Source of the DNA: Gemmatimonadota bacterium
GTDB taxonomy: Bacteria; Gemmatimonadota; Gemmatimonadetes; Longimicrobiales; Gaopeijiaceae
NCBI GenBank assembly: GCA_039589315.1
Contig: JBDHHQ010000012.1
Coordinates: forward strand, 54,927 to 118,926
Direction: 5' to 3'
DNA length: 64,000 nucleotides
This document shows positions 29,283 to 40,791 of the stretch, piece after piece. Under the pieces are notes generated by a model. The model was not told the DNA's origin and ran no database searches. It saw only the letters and a program-made list of their open reading frames with translations. The translations under genes were made by a program, and so were the position numbers. Numbering within the stretch: the stretch's first letter is position 1; the number at the start of each line of letters is the position of its first letter.

Positions 29283-29930
29283 ATGTTCAACACCTGCCAC
29301 GGGCACCGGGCGTGCGGGTTCGTCCCCGGTCGCCAACCACCGCCGATTCGAGGTCCCCTGAACCGCCCGATCCGATCCGGTCGTGCGCCCACACGACCTG
29401 GTACGCTCGTCCTCCTCGCCGCCGTGCTCTCATTCGGGCCCGTCTCTGCGCAGGAGGTCCACACTGGGGGTGAAGGCGAGGCCAGGCACGCCTTCGCCAA
29501 CGAGCTCGCCCTGTTCTTGGGAAACACCAACCTCGATGGGGAGGACGGGTTCACCATCGGCCTGGACTACGCGCGGACCCTCTCGGAGAGGGTCGCTCTG
29601 GGCGTATTCCTCGATTGGGCGATCGGCGACAACGGACGCGCGTTCGTGGTCGGCGTGCCGCTGAGCTTCTCTCCCGGGATCGGCGAGCTCGCGCTGACGG
29701 TCGGAGCCGGACTCGAACGGGAGACCCCCAGGTCCGACGCTGTCGAGCCTCTCGACTCAGCTGAAACCGCCCACGAAGCAGAGACTCTGTTCATGGGCCG
29801 ACTCGGCGCCCAGTACCCGGTAGTCTTCGGTCCCGAGGGGAGGTTCTTCCTTGCCCCGCAGGCAAACCTGGACGTGACACACAAGCATACGGCCACCGTC
29901 CTGGGGGCCACTATCGGAGTGGAGTTCTAG
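29283..29930 (+). CDS. Small outer-membrane beta-barrel protein (start uncertain)
   Basis: Signal peptide VSA-QE; terminal GATIGVEF. Confidence 0.65.
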   Translation: MFNTCHGHRACGFVPGRQPPPIRGPLNRPIRSGRAPTRPGTLVLLAAVLSFGPVSAQEVHTGGEGEARHAFANELALFLGNTNLDGEDGFTIGLDYARTLSERVALGVFLDWAIGDNGRAFVVGVPLSFSPGIGELALTVGAGLERETPRSDAVEPLDSAETAHEAETLFMGRLGAQYPVVFGPEGRFFLAPQANLDVTHKHTATVLGATIGVEF

Positions 29931-29992
29931 CGGCGAGTCGATCGGATGCTCGAGCCTACTTCTGTAACCACCTCCCGAATGACGGAGGCCTC

Positions 29993-31638
29993 ATGAGACG
30001 CACCACCTTCCTCGTCCTTTTGGCTTTGAGCTACGGGCGGAGGTCGACCAGCTGACCCTCGAAGTGGAGAGCCAGTGGCTGGACATCCTCGATCTTTTTC
30101 AGCGGTTTCAGGATGCCGAGGGAGAAGAGCGCCTCATCCTCGATGCCCAGATCGATCGGCGTACGGCGACCTGGCGCCCGCTGCTCGCCGACTTGATCCA
30201 GGAGATCCTGGTCCTGGAGCAGGCGGGCGGCCAGGCCGTCGAGGCGCGGACGAAGGCAACCGAGTGGCTTTCGGAAGCTCGGAGGCTGGTTCGGGGGGAA
30301 TACCGCTCAGTCCAGGATCGGCTGACCGAGCTGCGGAGGCAGCGGGGCTCATTGTCGCGGGGAGAGATGTTGCCGCTGGAACGCCAGATCGGAGAGGCGG
30401 GAAACGAGGCGGACGCGATTCTCCTGGCACTCTACCGGGTCGGGTCCTTCCACGCCGCGTTCGGGCTGGATCCGGCGGCCGACTGGGCCTACCTGGATCC
30501 TCTGCTCGTGGCCCGGGCCGATCGGTTGGTGGGGGAGATCGAGTTGAGCCAGAGGGCGACCGATGAGCTTGCCGACCGGCTCGAGCGGGCAGATGGCGAC
30601 GAGGCACGTATCGTCCGCGCCGAGCTCACTACGGTCCAGGAGCGACTTCGATCAGGCACGACGGGCCTCGGGGCGGTCGTGGACCTCATGGACGAGCGTG
30701 AGCTGGAGGCAGCCGAGTACAAGCAGGTCATGATCCGGGCCACGGGTCGTGTGACCACCGACGTGCTCGACGTGAACGTGATGCGAGGCCTGCTCCGTCA
30801 GGGCTGGGAGTCAACGGTGTCCTGGGTCCTGTCCAGGGTACCTCAGCTATTCATCAACCTGGTGTTGTTCCTGCTGATCCTGGGGGTGTTTCGAATCCTG
30901 GCGCGTATGACGGGACGGCTCGTGTCCGTCGGCATCGGCCGTACCAACCCGGACGTCCCGGTGCTGTTGAAGAGCATGGGGGTGTCCATCGTGGCCAACG
31001 CCGTGTTCCTGGTCGGGATCCTCATCGGGCTTTCCCAGCTCGGCATTCACGTAGGTCCTCTCCTGGCCGGGCTCGGGGTGGCGGGGTTCATCATGGGCTT
31101 CGCTCTACAGGACACCCTGTCCAACTTCGCTTCAGGCATGATGATCCTGGTCTATCGCCCTTTCGACGTGGGGGACGTCGTGGAGGCCGGCGGCGTCGGC
31201 GGGAAGGTGTCCGCGATGAGCCTGGTGTCCACTACGATCCTGACCTTCGATAACCAGAAGCTCATCGTTCCCAACCGGGAGATCTGGGGCAACGTGATCC
31301 GGAACAAGACGGCCGAGCCGACCCGGCGCGTAGACCTCACCGTGGCCATCGGGGCCCGCGAGGACGCCGCGCGGGCCGAGGCGGTCCTGGGGGAGATCCT
31401 GTCCGCGCACCCCCTCGTGCTGGAGGATCCAGCACCCACCGTGAAAGTCCACGGGATCGGAGATTCCTCCATCGAGTTCATCGTGCGACCGTGGGTGAAG
31501 ACACCGGACTACTGGACCGTCTACTGGGACGTGACCCGGCAGATGAACGACCGCTTCGAGGAGGCGCTAATCTCCAGGCCGTTCAGTCGAAGCGAGCTCC
31601 GGATCGCGGGCGGGGAGCTTCCTTCAGGGCCGCGATGA
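29993..31638 (+). CDS. mscS: MscS-family mechanosensitive channel with large N-terminal helical domain; 5' end frameshifted
   Basis: GFALQDTLSNFASG, RPFDVGD, VPN..IWG; the RBS+ATG 29993 signal-like start is out of frame with the main ORF 30064-31638. Confidence 0.8.
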
Positions 31639-31851
31639 CAACGGAGGAGTGCCAACCCGTGGGCTTGGCCGGATGCCTGAGCTCGGACTCCGCGTTGCGC
31701 TTGTATCCGCTCGACAGTCACATTGTGCACCGCCTCCGGCCCCGCCTTCGGAAGCGCATCCGACGAAATCGAGGAGTTGAGGAGGAGCGGCATCGGACGC
31801 GCCGCCCCTGCTCCTGACCGACAACCGCGTTGCTTTCGGTGGGGAACAACG

Positions 31852-34350
31852 ATGAACCGACTTGTCCGGAGCGTCTTGGTGGGTCTAACGGTGGTCACGC
31901 TGCTTGCGGTCCTGCAGCCCACCACGGCCCAAGCCCAGGACATGCCCAAAGAGGACTACTACAGCTACGTGCCGCTGAGCTACACGCGGCCCGTACGCCA
32001 AGCGGCGGGCTCGGCGGCGCTGAACGTCTACGGTGACGAGAACGATCCGTCGTACCGGGACGTGGATCCGTTGGACGGCATCGATGACCGCCGGCATGCG
32101 GTCATGAAGCGCTTGGGGGTGAAGTTCGCGCCCTACCTCGTGCTGAACACTACCGCAGTCCCCATGGACTGGAAGAAGTTCATGGACGGCCGCAACTCCT
32201 GGCCGCTGTTCATCGACACGTGGAACCAGGCGGTTGAAGGGGGCGAGCTGATCCGGGAAGAGCAGATCGACTGGCTCGCGCTGGAGGGCGACCCTTGTCC
32301 TGATCCTCCCAATGCCGCTTTGCGGACGGAAAACGACGACTGCCGCCTGATCTCCCTGCTCCGGGAGTTCGATCCGGAGAATCCACAGTCCGAATGGTAT
32401 CAGACCGCGGCCATCGACCCACAGATGGATCCGTTCAAGGTCCTCTACTGGAACTTCCCGGCCCACGGCGAGGTCAGCTGGAGGGCCGAATACGAGGATC
32501 CGGTATCCGGTGAGCTGCCCCAGAAGTACTGGAGCTTCCCCAAGACCTACCTTCATCCGTTCGTCGAGGAGGTCCGGTCGAACACGGGCGGCCTCCTGGG
32601 CTACGAGCTCGTACTGCAGTACTGGTTCTTCTACTCCTGGAACGACGGAGGCAACAACCACGAGGGGGACTGGGAGCACGTCAACCTCATCGTCTCGCCC
32701 AAAGGCGCGGTGGATCGGCCCCAGACTGCTGAAGAGATCCTCTTCATGCTGAATGGGGGCGGTGAGAACCCCTCGTCCGGGGATGACTACGTCGTCATCA
32801 AGCGGGCGGACTACTACCTGCACGAAAAGGTCTGGACCCTCGACTACGCGAGTCCCAACGTCTATCTGCCGCGGGACCAGTGGGAGGCAGAGTTCCAGGC
32901 CCTCCCCCAGGAGCGCATCGACCAGCACAAGGTGTGGCAGGAGATACGCCAGCGTGCCTACGAGGATCGAGCCGAGACGGTCATCAACACCCACATGGTG
33001 GGCTTCATCGGAGCCGACAACAAAGGTACCGACCAGATTCTCGCCGCACCCGGCGGCAAGAACCGGGACTCCCACGGCACCTATCCGTTCCGCGGACTCT
33101 ACAAGAACGTGGGTCCTGGCGGCGCGTCCGAGCAGATCACCGCCACGTTCGACTACCTGGACTATTTTACCGGCTCTCGTCCCGGACTGGAGGACGGACG
33201 GTTGGGGCGCAACAGCGTGCTCCGACTCGACCGAGACGACCGCATCGAGATCGTTCCCGATTGGGAGCGGGTGCACGACATGATGTATACCGACCCTGAG
33301 GTCCGCCGCGAGTGGAGCTGGCTGGTGCTCCCGATCCGCTGGGGATACCCCGCGGCGGAGTCACCCTTTGCCGGGATCATCTCCCACGCCAGCACGGGCA
33401 ACCTGGCTCCCCAGACCGGTAGCCAGAACAAGGGGTGGAACCGGGCGGGGGCCGGCAGTGGCTTCCATGACTACGATCCGCATCGCTATTCGGGGTTCTT
33501 CGCCCTGGGCTGGCAGGACCGCTTCCAGAACACCTGGGGGTGGCTGAACGCGACGATTCCCACCATCAGCCTGCTTCCGCCGCTCGACGTGGTCCTTCTG
33601 CTGGTGGGCACGCCCATCGCCCTGCTTACGGAGCAGTCCTCCACCTACCTCGCAGCCGACCAGGTACCCTTCCGCTTTCTGGGCTTGGAAGGGGGCGCGG
33701 TCGGGATGGTGTTTCCCGAGGCGTTCACGGGGATGCTGCTGAACGACGCTCAGATCGAGGATATCCTGACGGCGTTGGGATACGGCTTCGAGGACGACGT
33801 GGTCGTGGTCGGTTCGGACATCAAGGAATCCACGTCGCCCTACATCAGGGTCGCGGTTCCCCTGGGTCGAAAGTTCGTGAGTGAGAACGCGTACTGGTCG
33901 CACCGAGCCGGCATGACGGTCGAGGTTCTCGATGCCGCAGGCCAACGAGACGAGGTCACCAGCGAGATCAAGCTCTGGGAGTACAGCGGCAGCCTGCGCT
34001 TCAACGTCGCGAGTGGGGGCTTCCAGCCCTACGCCAAGGTCGGTTATGGGTGGTCGTGGTACCGATTGGAGAATACCGCCGTGCGTGGGGTGCCGGTTCC
34101 GGAGCCGACTTCAGGGACGATCGACAACTTCACCTGGCATTACGGCCTGGGTCTGGAGTGGTTCCTCCTTTCCGGTTTCGCCCCGCCGCCGAAGGGAATC
34201 GACGTGGGGCTCCGGGTCGAGCTCGCCCGTTACAACCATTCCTTGGGCCTCGACCAGATCACGGACCCCCGGGTGCTGGCGCTCGGACAGGGCCCCGCGA
34301 CGAGCGCCACCCGGGACGTGGTGCAGATCGCCATCAGCCTGGGCTTCTGA
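31852..34350 (+). CDS. Large outer-membrane protein: Vps62/NPP1-like N-domain plus C-terminal beta-barrel
   Basis: Signal AQA-QD; LQYWFFYSWN..NNHEGDWEHV, SHGTY; barrel strands (FQPYAKVGYGWSWY), terminal SLGF. Confidence 0.65.
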   Translation: MNRLVRSVLVGLTVVTLLAVLQPTTAQAQDMPKEDYYSYVPLSYTRPVRQAAGSAALNVYGDENDPSYRDVDPLDGIDDRRHAVMKRLGVKFAPYLVLNTTAVPMDWKKFMDGRNSWPLFIDTWNQAVEGGELIREEQIDWLALEGDPCPDPPNAALRTENDDCRLISLLREFDPENPQSEWYQTAAIDPQMDPFKVLYWNFPAHGEVSWRAEYEDPVSGELPQKYWSFPKTYLHPFVEEVRSNTGGLLGYELVLQYWFFYSWNDGGNNHEGDWEHVNLIVSPKGAVDRPQTAEEILFMLNGGGENPSSGDDYVVIKRADYYLHEKVWTLDYASPNVYLPRDQWEAEFQALPQERIDQHKVWQEIRQRAYEDRAETVINTHMVGFIGADNKGTDQILAAPGGKNRDSHGTYPFRGLYKNVGPGGASEQITATFDYLDYFTGSRPGLEDGRLGRNSVLRLDRDDRIEIVPDWERVHDMMYTDPEVRREWSWLVLPIRWGYPAAESPFAGIISHASTGNLAPQTGSQNKGWNRAGAGSGFHDYDPHRYSGFFALGWQDRFQNTWGWLNATIPTISLLPPLDVVLLLVGTPIALLTEQSSTYLAADQVPFRFLGLEGGAVGMVFPEAFTGMLLNDAQIEDILTALGYGFEDDVVVVGSDIKESTSPYIRVAVPLGRKFVSENAYWSHRAGMTVEVLDAAGQRDEVTSEIKLWEYSGSLRFNVASGGFQPYAKVGYGWSWYRLENTAVRGVPVPEPTSGTIDNFTWHYGLGLEWFLLSGFAPPPKGIDVGLRVELARYNHSLGLDQITDPRVLALGQGPATSATRDVVQIAISLGF

Positions 34351-34539
34351 GGGGTCAGCCACTCCCCGGACCCTGTCCGGCTCGCCGGACCAGCCCTGGC
34401 CGGCGCGGCCTGCTCTGCCGTCCACTGCCGGCTCGCGCGGAGCTGTTCGCGGGACCCCCGGTGGGGCGACTCGTGTAGGTAGGCCCGACCCCCGCCACTT
34501 CGGTCGCAGCGGCTGGCCTCGTGGGGGGTCCGACACACG

Positions 34540-35709
34540 ATGCCGGATCACACCCGAAGGAGTGACTTCTTGCGGCCAGGTTGGACCAAGGCTCTCGCCG
34601 CGTGCGCTTTCCTGTGCGGCCTGTTGGCGGGCTGCGCCCACCGTCGGGCTCCTGACGGGGTGACGGCCGCGCCCCCCTGCTTCGAAGGAGGGTCTCCAGC
34701 GCCGCAGGACCAGGAGATCCGATGGATTCGCCCCGACAACGCCGATGAGCTGGCCAAGCTCGACGCGTGGTGCTGGGCCGTGGGCCCGGCCTATCAGGCC
34801 CGAGGAGACCAGGTCGCGACGGCCTCGGGAGTCGACTCGATCGCGGTCGTGGCGTGGAACATCCACGTTGGTGGCGGTGACGCCAGGCGGCTCATCGCGG
34901 ACCTGCGAGAGGGACGGCTGACGGGTGGTGAGCCGCCCGAGCACTTCGTGATCCTCCTCCAGGAGGCGCACCGCGCCGGCGCTTCGGTCCCGGGGAACAT
35001 CCCCAGCTGGGCGGCTGCCGCCGGGGCGATCCGCAAGGCTCCCCCGACCGGAGGGCGCGCGGACGTGACCGCCGTCGCGTTCGTCGAGGGCCTGCACCTG
35101 TTCTACGTGCCGTCGATGCGAAACGGCGGGCCGGGGCAGGGAGCGCCGGAAGACCGGGGCAACGCGATCCTCTCGACGCTGCCGCTCACGGCACTGACGG
35201 CAATCGAGCTCCCATACGAACGGCAGCGGCGCGTCGCGGTGTTCGCGAACGTCGAGGGGCGCTCCAGCGCGGGCCAGCCGTGGCAGCTGCGGGTCGTGAG
35301 CGCGCACCTCGACAACCGTGCGGCGTTCTCACGCATTCACCGGAGCTTCGGCGCCGCCCAATCGAACCAGGCGCGAGGGCTGCTCAGGGCCTTGGAGAGT
35401 GAGACGCCGACCGTGCTCGGCGGTGACCTCAACACGTGGTATCGAGAGAGAGGCGCAGGAGCCGTGCGGCTCCTCCAGGCCCGCTTCGCCAGCGTGGAGG
35501 ACCATCCGCGGGGCGGTACCGCGGACCTGCCGCTGTTCCTGCCCGACCTGAAGCTGGACCACCTGTTCTTCGGATTGCCCGACAGTTGGGACGCCCGCTA
35601 CAAGGTCATCGACGACCGATACGGCTCGGACCACAAGCCCCTTGTGGGGTGGGTGACCATGTCCGGGGCGGACGCGCGAACGCGCATCGTGGATCGGGAC
35701 GGACTCTAG
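34540..35709 (+). CDS. Endonuclease/exonuclease/phosphatase family lipoprotein
   Basis: LAGC lipobox; WNIH, LLQE, GNAILS, GGDLN, LDH, GSDHKP. Confidence 0.88.
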   Translation: MPDHTRRSDFLRPGWTKALAACAFLCGLLAGCAHRRAPDGVTAAPPCFEGGSPAPQDQEIRWIRPDNADELAKLDAWCWAVGPAYQARGDQVATASGVDSIAVVAWNIHVGGGDARRLIADLREGRLTGGEPPEHFVILLQEAHRAGASVPGNIPSWAAAAGAIRKAPPTGGRADVTAVAFVEGLHLFYVPSMRNGGPGQGAPEDRGNAILSTLPLTALTAIELPYERQRRVAVFANVEGRSSAGQPWQLRVVSAHLDNRAAFSRIHRSFGAAQSNQARGLLRALESETPTVLGGDLNTWYRERGAGAVRLLQARFASVEDHPRGGTADLPLFLPDLKLDHLFFGLPDSWDARYKVIDDRYGSDHKPLVGWVTMSGADARTRIVDRDGL

Positions 35710-35814
35710 CTCCGGGGAGGGGAGGAGCCCCGAGCACTCCGGTGGTCGCGTCTCGTCGCCTCGGCGACCCTCCACGGAGGACGCCTCCGAACCGGCCCGT
35801 GGACGCGGCGAGCT

Positions 35815-36363
35815 TCAGGAGCTGGCTCGCGGCGGAAACTCCTGGATCAGCCGTCGCACCGCCCGGTCCACCAGCTCGGCCCGCTTCTCCGGCGACTGTG
35901 TTCGGTCCACCTCGGCTTCGGCCACGCCCCGCCACACCAGCAACCCCGTATCCGCGTTGTAGGCGTCCAGCACCAGCGTGCCCTGCTCCAGGGTGCGGAT
36001 TGACCGCTCCGTATAGAAGTCCCACCCGCGGTCGATGCCCCAGCGATCCTCAGGGAGGGTGTTGATCATCTGGATGTCCATGGCCCCGTCGAGACCGACG
36101 TGGTAGGTGAGCACCAGACGGCCGTCGCCCCGTGACACCCTCTCGTACCCGCGGCTGATCAGCTCGCGGTCGACGGCCTCCTTGATGCGGCGGTCCAAGC
36201 CCTCTCGCGTGGCCCGACGGCTGACCTCGGGTTGCTCGCGCTCCATCCACTCGAAGCTGGCCAGCTCGGAGAGATCGACCGCGGGATCCTGGGCCGACTC
36301 CACGTGCATGCCGGCGCATCCTGCGAGCGCCGCAAGAAGACTCATGAGCAGACCTCTATTCAC
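35815..36363 (-). CDS. DUF4136 domain lipoprotein
   Basis: GGAGG RBS; LAGC; EQGTLVLD...LVWRGVA, FPP. Confidence 0.85.
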   Translation of the reverse strand: MNRGLLMSLLAALAGCAGMHVESAQDPAVDLSELASFEWMEREQPEVSRRATREGLDRRIKEAVDRELISRGYERVSRGDGRLVLTYHVGLDGAMDIQMINTLPEDRWGIDRGWDFYTERSIRTLEQGTLVLDAYNADTGLLVWRGVAEAEVDRTQSPEKRAELVDRAVRRLIQEFPPRASS

Positions 36364-36443
36364 CCTTCCTCCGTCGATGTCACATATGCTTCCGGCGGTC
36401 GAGATGAACCGCCAGGCCCTGGCCCGCTCATCGCGCCGATCCC

Positions 36444-36974
36444 TCAATACGATCTGCCAAGCTCGAACGTGAAACCGAACTCGATGGTGAATTGGGTACT
36501 CAGATCCTCCCCCTTTAAGAGCCATTTGGCCTCCAGGAACGGCTGGGTCTTGCCCCAGAAGCCCAGGGTTGATCCGATGATGGCGACGGGTCCGCTGGCG
36601 CTCGTCGACGAGGTCTGGCCCAGATCAGGGAACTTGTAGTTCTGGAAGCTGAAGCCCGCACCCAGATAGGGCTCATACGCCTGTTGGCGGGTCAGGAAGA
36701 AGACACCATTGATCTGAAGGTCCCAGAGGCTACAGTCTCCGAGATTGCCACAGTCGGGGAAATACACGTCTCCAGTCGCCTGGAGCGCGAATGCCGAACT
36801 GGTGTGGTAGTTGACGCGCGCACCAACGGCCCAAGTACCGGCGAAGACGTTACTGTACTGAGCCTGCGGCCCGATCTCCCACTGTGCCGACCCCGCCTGT
36901 GGCGGCACGACCACGAGCGCCGTAGCGACCAAGGAGGCCGAGAAGAAGCGACCAAACGAACGTCGATGGATCAC
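36444..36974 (-). CDS. OmpA-like 8-stranded outer-membrane beta-barrel
   Basis: Signal peptide, EPYLGAG, QPFLEAKW, terminal aromatic strand. Confidence 0.75.
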   Translation of the reverse strand: MIHRRSFGRFFSASLVATALVVVPPQAGSAQWEIGPQAQYSNVFAGTWAVGARVNYHTSSAFALQATGDVYFPDCGNLGDCSLWDLQINGVFFLTRQQAYEPYLGAGFSFQNYKFPDLGQTSSTSASGPVAIIGSTLGFWGKTQPFLEAKWLLKGEDLSTQFTIEFGFTFELGRSY

Positions 36975-37231
36975 GTGAGATGCTCCGCGCCAGAGGGTTC
37001 CAGGTCCGGGGGGGCGGGATCCCCCGAGGTCGGTCGCCAGAACCATCGCCCCAAGGGCGCGCCGGGGCAAGAACGACGAACCGCCTCGCGGGGTGTCGTG
37101 GAGCTCGCTCTGTCCTATCTTTCGATCCCGTCGCTCGCTACTGGTGACGAGCCATCGATGACGGGTCTCCTGTCCCGGATTCAGTGGGTCGCTCCTCGCC
37201 CGACACGTCCGTTTCACTCGCCCGGCTGCTC

Positions 37232-39574
37232 ATGCCCCGTTCCACCCTCATGACCCTCTTATCGGTCTCCGCGGTCGGTGTCTGCGGGGCTCTAGCAGGC
37301 TGCTCCGACGAGCCGGAGCCGGGTACCGTCGCCACCGGCACGTCGTACGTCGGCAGGGCGGCCTGCGCCGAGTGTCATTCTGAAGAGGCGGCGCTGTGGG
37401 CGGGCTCGCACCATGACCTGGCCATGCAGGAGGCGACGGACGCCAGCGTTCTCGCCGACTTCGGCGGTGAGGCGTTCACCCACCGAGGCGTCACCACCCG
37501 ATTCTACCGGGACGGCGAGCGGTTCATGGTCGAGACCGATGGGCCCGACGGAGCGATCGCCAGCTTCCCCGTGACGCACACCTTCGGCGTGGCACCGCTT
37601 CAGCAGTATCTGGTCGAGTTGCCCGGCGGCCGCCTCCAGGCACACACGGTGGCGTGGGACACCCGCCCGGCGGATGCAGGTGGACAGCGCTGGTTCCACA
37701 TCTACCCCGACGAGGAGACGCCACCCGGGGACGTCCTCCACTGGGCCGGCGCCGCCCAGAGCTGGAACTACATGTGCGCCGAGTGCCACTCCACCGACCT
37801 CCAGAAGGGGTATGACCTGGCGTCGGACAGCTACGACACCCGGTGGGCAGAGATCGACGTGTCGTGCGAGGCGTGCCACGGCCCCGGGTCGGAGCACGTG
37901 GCGTGGGCCCAGGAGAACCCCGATGGCGTCCCCGAATCCTCGCCCGCGTCGGGTGCTCGTGACGACGGCGGCCGATTCGGCCTGATGGTGGAGCTGGGTG
38001 ATCCCGCAGGTGGCTCGTGGGTCATGGACCCGACGACGGGAATCGCCGCCCGGTCCGCACCCTCGAGCGGCACTCGCCAGATCGACGCATGCGGCAAGTG
38101 CCATTCCCGGCGGGCGTCACTCCTTCCCGAGACGCCTCCGGGAGGGGCGCTGATGGACACCCATCTGCCTCGGACGCTCGCCGATGGACTCTACTTCGCC
38201 GACGGCCAGATCCTGGACGAGGTGTACGTGTGGGGATCGTTCCTGCAAAGCGCCATGTACCGGGCCGGTGTGCTGTGCAGCGACTGCCACGATCCCCACT
38301 CGGCCAGCCTGAAAGCGCCGGGGAATGGCGTCTGCGCGGCCTGCCATGCGCCCGACCGGTTCGACGTCCCGGAGCACCACTTTCATGAAGCCGAGTCGGA
38401 GGCGGCTCAGTGCGTGTCCTGCCACGCCCCCGCCCGGAGCTACATGGTGGTGGATCCGCGGCGGGACCATTCCTTCCGCGTGCCTCGACCTGACCTGTCG
38501 GAAGCGCTCGAGTCCCCGGATGCGTGTGTGGGCTGCCACGACGAGCGAACGAGCGCCTGGGCAACGGCCACGGTGGTGCGGTGGTACGGCCCGGAGCGCC
38601 GCGCCGAGTCGCACTACGGAGAAGCCCTTCAAGAGGGCAGGGAAGGAGGCGCCGGGGCCGAGGTCGCGCTCATGGCTCTGGTCGTCGACACGGTGGCCCC
38701 CGCCATCGTACGGGCGACGGCGGTGGAGCTCATGACCGCCCGTCCCGGGCCCGCGCTGGGTGCCGTGATCCCCAATGCTCTGCGTGACCCCGACCCCCTG
38801 GTTCGGTGGGCGGGTGTCCGAGCATTGCAGGCGATCCCGCCGAACGACCGCGTGCAGCCGCTCACGCCCCTTCTCACGGATCCGGAGTTCGCGGTCCGAG
38901 CGGAGGCGGCCAGGGTGCTGGCGCCGGTGGCCAGAGCCGCTCTGCCGCCGGGCCTGACCAGGATCCTCGATCGGGCCACGGCGGAGTACGTGGAGAGCTT
39001 ACAGGCTTCGCTGGATCACCCCAGCGCTCACGTCAACCTGGCTCGCCTCCGGGCGGACCAGGGTCGGACGACCGACGCGGAAGCATCCCTGTCTCTGGCT
39101 CTCCGCATCGGTCCGTGGTTCGTCCCAGCGTGGGTCAACCTGGCCGATCTCTACCGGAGCCAGGGCCGGGAAGTGGAAGCGGAAGCCCTGTTGCGCGAGG
39201 GGATTGACGCGGTATCCGAAGCTGCCTCGCTTCATTACGCGCTGGGGCTTCTCCTGGTTCGGACGGGTCGGGCCCTCGAGGCGCTGACCGAGCTCGAGAC
39301 CGCCGCGGCGCTGGAGCCCCTCGATCCCCGGTTCGCGTACACGTTGGGGGTGGCCCTCAACTCAGAGAGACAAAGCGAGCGTGCCCTGGAGGTGCTCGCC
39401 TCCGCTGTGGCGCGCCACCCCAACGATCGTGACATCCTCTTCGCCCTCGCCACCATGCATCGAGACGCCGGCGCCCCTGCAGACGGGTTGCGGTACGCTC
39501 GTCGCCTGGCGGAGTTGGAGCCGGGAGACCGCTCCATCGCCGATCTCGTGGCCCAACTCGAGGCCGCACGGTGA
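37232..39574 (+). CDS. Octaheme c-type cytochrome with HEAT/TPR C-terminus (lipoprotein)
   Basis: 8 CxxCH counted; [23 protein letters not shown]; TPRs. Confidence 0.88.
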   Translation: MPRSTLMTLLSVSAVGVCGALAGCSDEPEPGTVATGTSYVGRAACAECHSEEAALWAGSHHDLAMQEATDASVLADFGGEAFTHRGVTTRFYRDGERFMVETDGPDGAIASFPVTHTFGVAPLQQYLVELPGGRLQAHTVAWDTRPADAGGQRWFHIYPDEETPPGDVLHWAGAAQSWNYMCAECHSTDLQKGYDLASDSYDTRWAEIDVSCEACHGPGSEHVAWAQENPDGVPESSPASGARDDGGRFGLMVELGDPAGGSWVMDPTTGIAARSAPSSGTRQIDACGKCHSRRASLLPETPPGGALMDTHLPRTLADGLYFADGQILDEVYVWGSFLQSAMYRAGVLCSDCHDPHSASLKAPGNGVCAACHAPDRFDVPEHHFHEAESEAAQCVSCHAPARSYMVVDPRRDHSFRVPRPDLSEALESPDACVGCHDERTSAWATATVVRWYGPERRAESHYGEALQEGREGGAGAEVALMALVVDTVAPAIVRATAVELMTARPGPALGAVIPNALRDPDPLVRWAGVRALQAIPPNDRVQPLTPLLTDPEFAVRAEAARVLAPVARAALPPGLTRILDRATAEYVESLQASLDHPSAHVNLARLRADQGRTTDAEASLSLALRIGPWFVPAWVNLADLYRSQGREVEAEALLREGIDAVSEAASLHYALGLLLVRTGRALEALTELETAAALEPLDPRFAYTLGVALNSERQSERALEVLASAVARHPNDRDILFALATMHRDAGAPADGLRYARRLAELEPGDRSIADLVAQLEAAR

Positions 39575-40482
39575 GGGTCGTCGTAGCGCTCGGGGGCAAC
39601 GCCATCCTCCGGAGAGGCCAACCCTTCACCGTCGATGTCCAGCGAGAGAATGTGCGAGTCGCAGCCGGAGCGCTGGCGCCGCTGGTGGCGGAGCACGAAG
39701 TGGTCATCACCCACGGCAACGGGCCCCAGGTGGGGTTGCTGGCGCTGCAGGCATCTGAGGCCGGAGCGGGGATGGACACGCTGGACCTGCTGGGAGCCCA
39801 GAGCGACGGCATGATCGGCTATATGATCGAGCAGGAGCTGGGCAATCTGCTCCCCTTCGAGCAGCCCTTCGCGACGATCCTGACCATGGTGGAGGTCGAT
39901 CCCGACGACCCCGCGTTCGGCCGGCCTACCAAGCCCATCGGCATCGGCTATCCCGAGGCCGAGGCTCGGCGTCTGGCCGAGGCGAAGGGATGGGCCGTGG
40001 CTCGGGACGGAGACCTGTGGCGCCGGGTGGTCCCGTCGCCGGATCCGCTCCGGGTCTTCGAGGTGCGGCCCATCGAGTGGCTTCTGGAGCGGGGGGTCGT
40101 GGTCATCTGCACCGGGGGCGGCGGCATTCCCACGATGTACGGAGACGACGGCGCCCTGCACGGCGCCAACGTGGTGGTGGACAAGGACAAGGCCAGCGCC
40201 CTTCTGGCCCGACAGCTGGAGGCCGACACCCTGGTGCTTGCAACGGACGTGGCAGGAGTCTACACAGGGTGGGGCACGCCGGAGGCGGAGCTAATGGGGC
40301 GGGTCACGCCAGCGCAGCTGAGACGGGAGGACTTCCCGGCCGGATCCATGGGCCCGAAAGTCGAGGCCGCCTGCTCCTTCGTCGCGGAGACCGGGCAAAG
40401 GGCCGTGATCGGATCCCTGGACGAGGTCGACCGCATGCTCGCCGGCGTCGCCGGAACCCAGGTGGTGCCGGACGCCGGATAA
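39571..40482 (+). CDS. arcC: Carbamate kinase
   Basis: [44 protein letters not shown]. Confidence 0.95.
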   Translation: MRVVVALGGNAILRRGQPFTVDVQRENVRVAAGALAPLVAEHEVVITHGNGPQVGLLALQASEAGAGMDTLDLLGAQSDGMIGYMIEQELGNLLPFEQPFATILTMVEVDPDDPAFGRPTKPIGIGYPEAEARRLAEAKGWAVARDGDLWRRVVPSPDPLRVFEVRPIEWLLERGVVVICTGGGGIPTMYGDDGALHGANVVVDKDKASALLARQLEADTLVLATDVAGVYTGWGTPEAELMGRVTPAQLRREDFPAGSMGPKVEAACSFVAETGQRAVIGSLDEVDRMLAGVAGTQVVPDAG

Positions 40483-40791
40483 GCCGTATCCCCCGTCCCG
40501 ACCCGCCGCCCACCGCTCGCAGCCAGGACCTCGATCTTAGGCCGGCTTCGAGTCCCCCGAAGCGGCGGTGCCGAAAGGCGGAACAGTCGAGCCCGGTGCA
40601 GGTATACCGGAGTCGAACATTCGGGAAACCCCGCCGAAGTCCTTCCCTGTTCAGCGCCCAACCGGAGTCGCTCGATCGGACGCGGAAGCGTCGATTGATC
40701 GCCTCGGGCTGGTTGGATATCCTTGTTGGCTCCCGAATCTCGGGACCCGGTGCCGCAGGCGCCGTTTCGACCACACAGAAAGAAGGATCAG

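Noticed and set aside
40483..40790. Structured RNA with GNRA-capped hairpins (GCCGAAAGGC, GACGCGGAAGCGTC)
   Set aside because: Short stems are expected by chance at this GC content; no riboswitch consensus recognised
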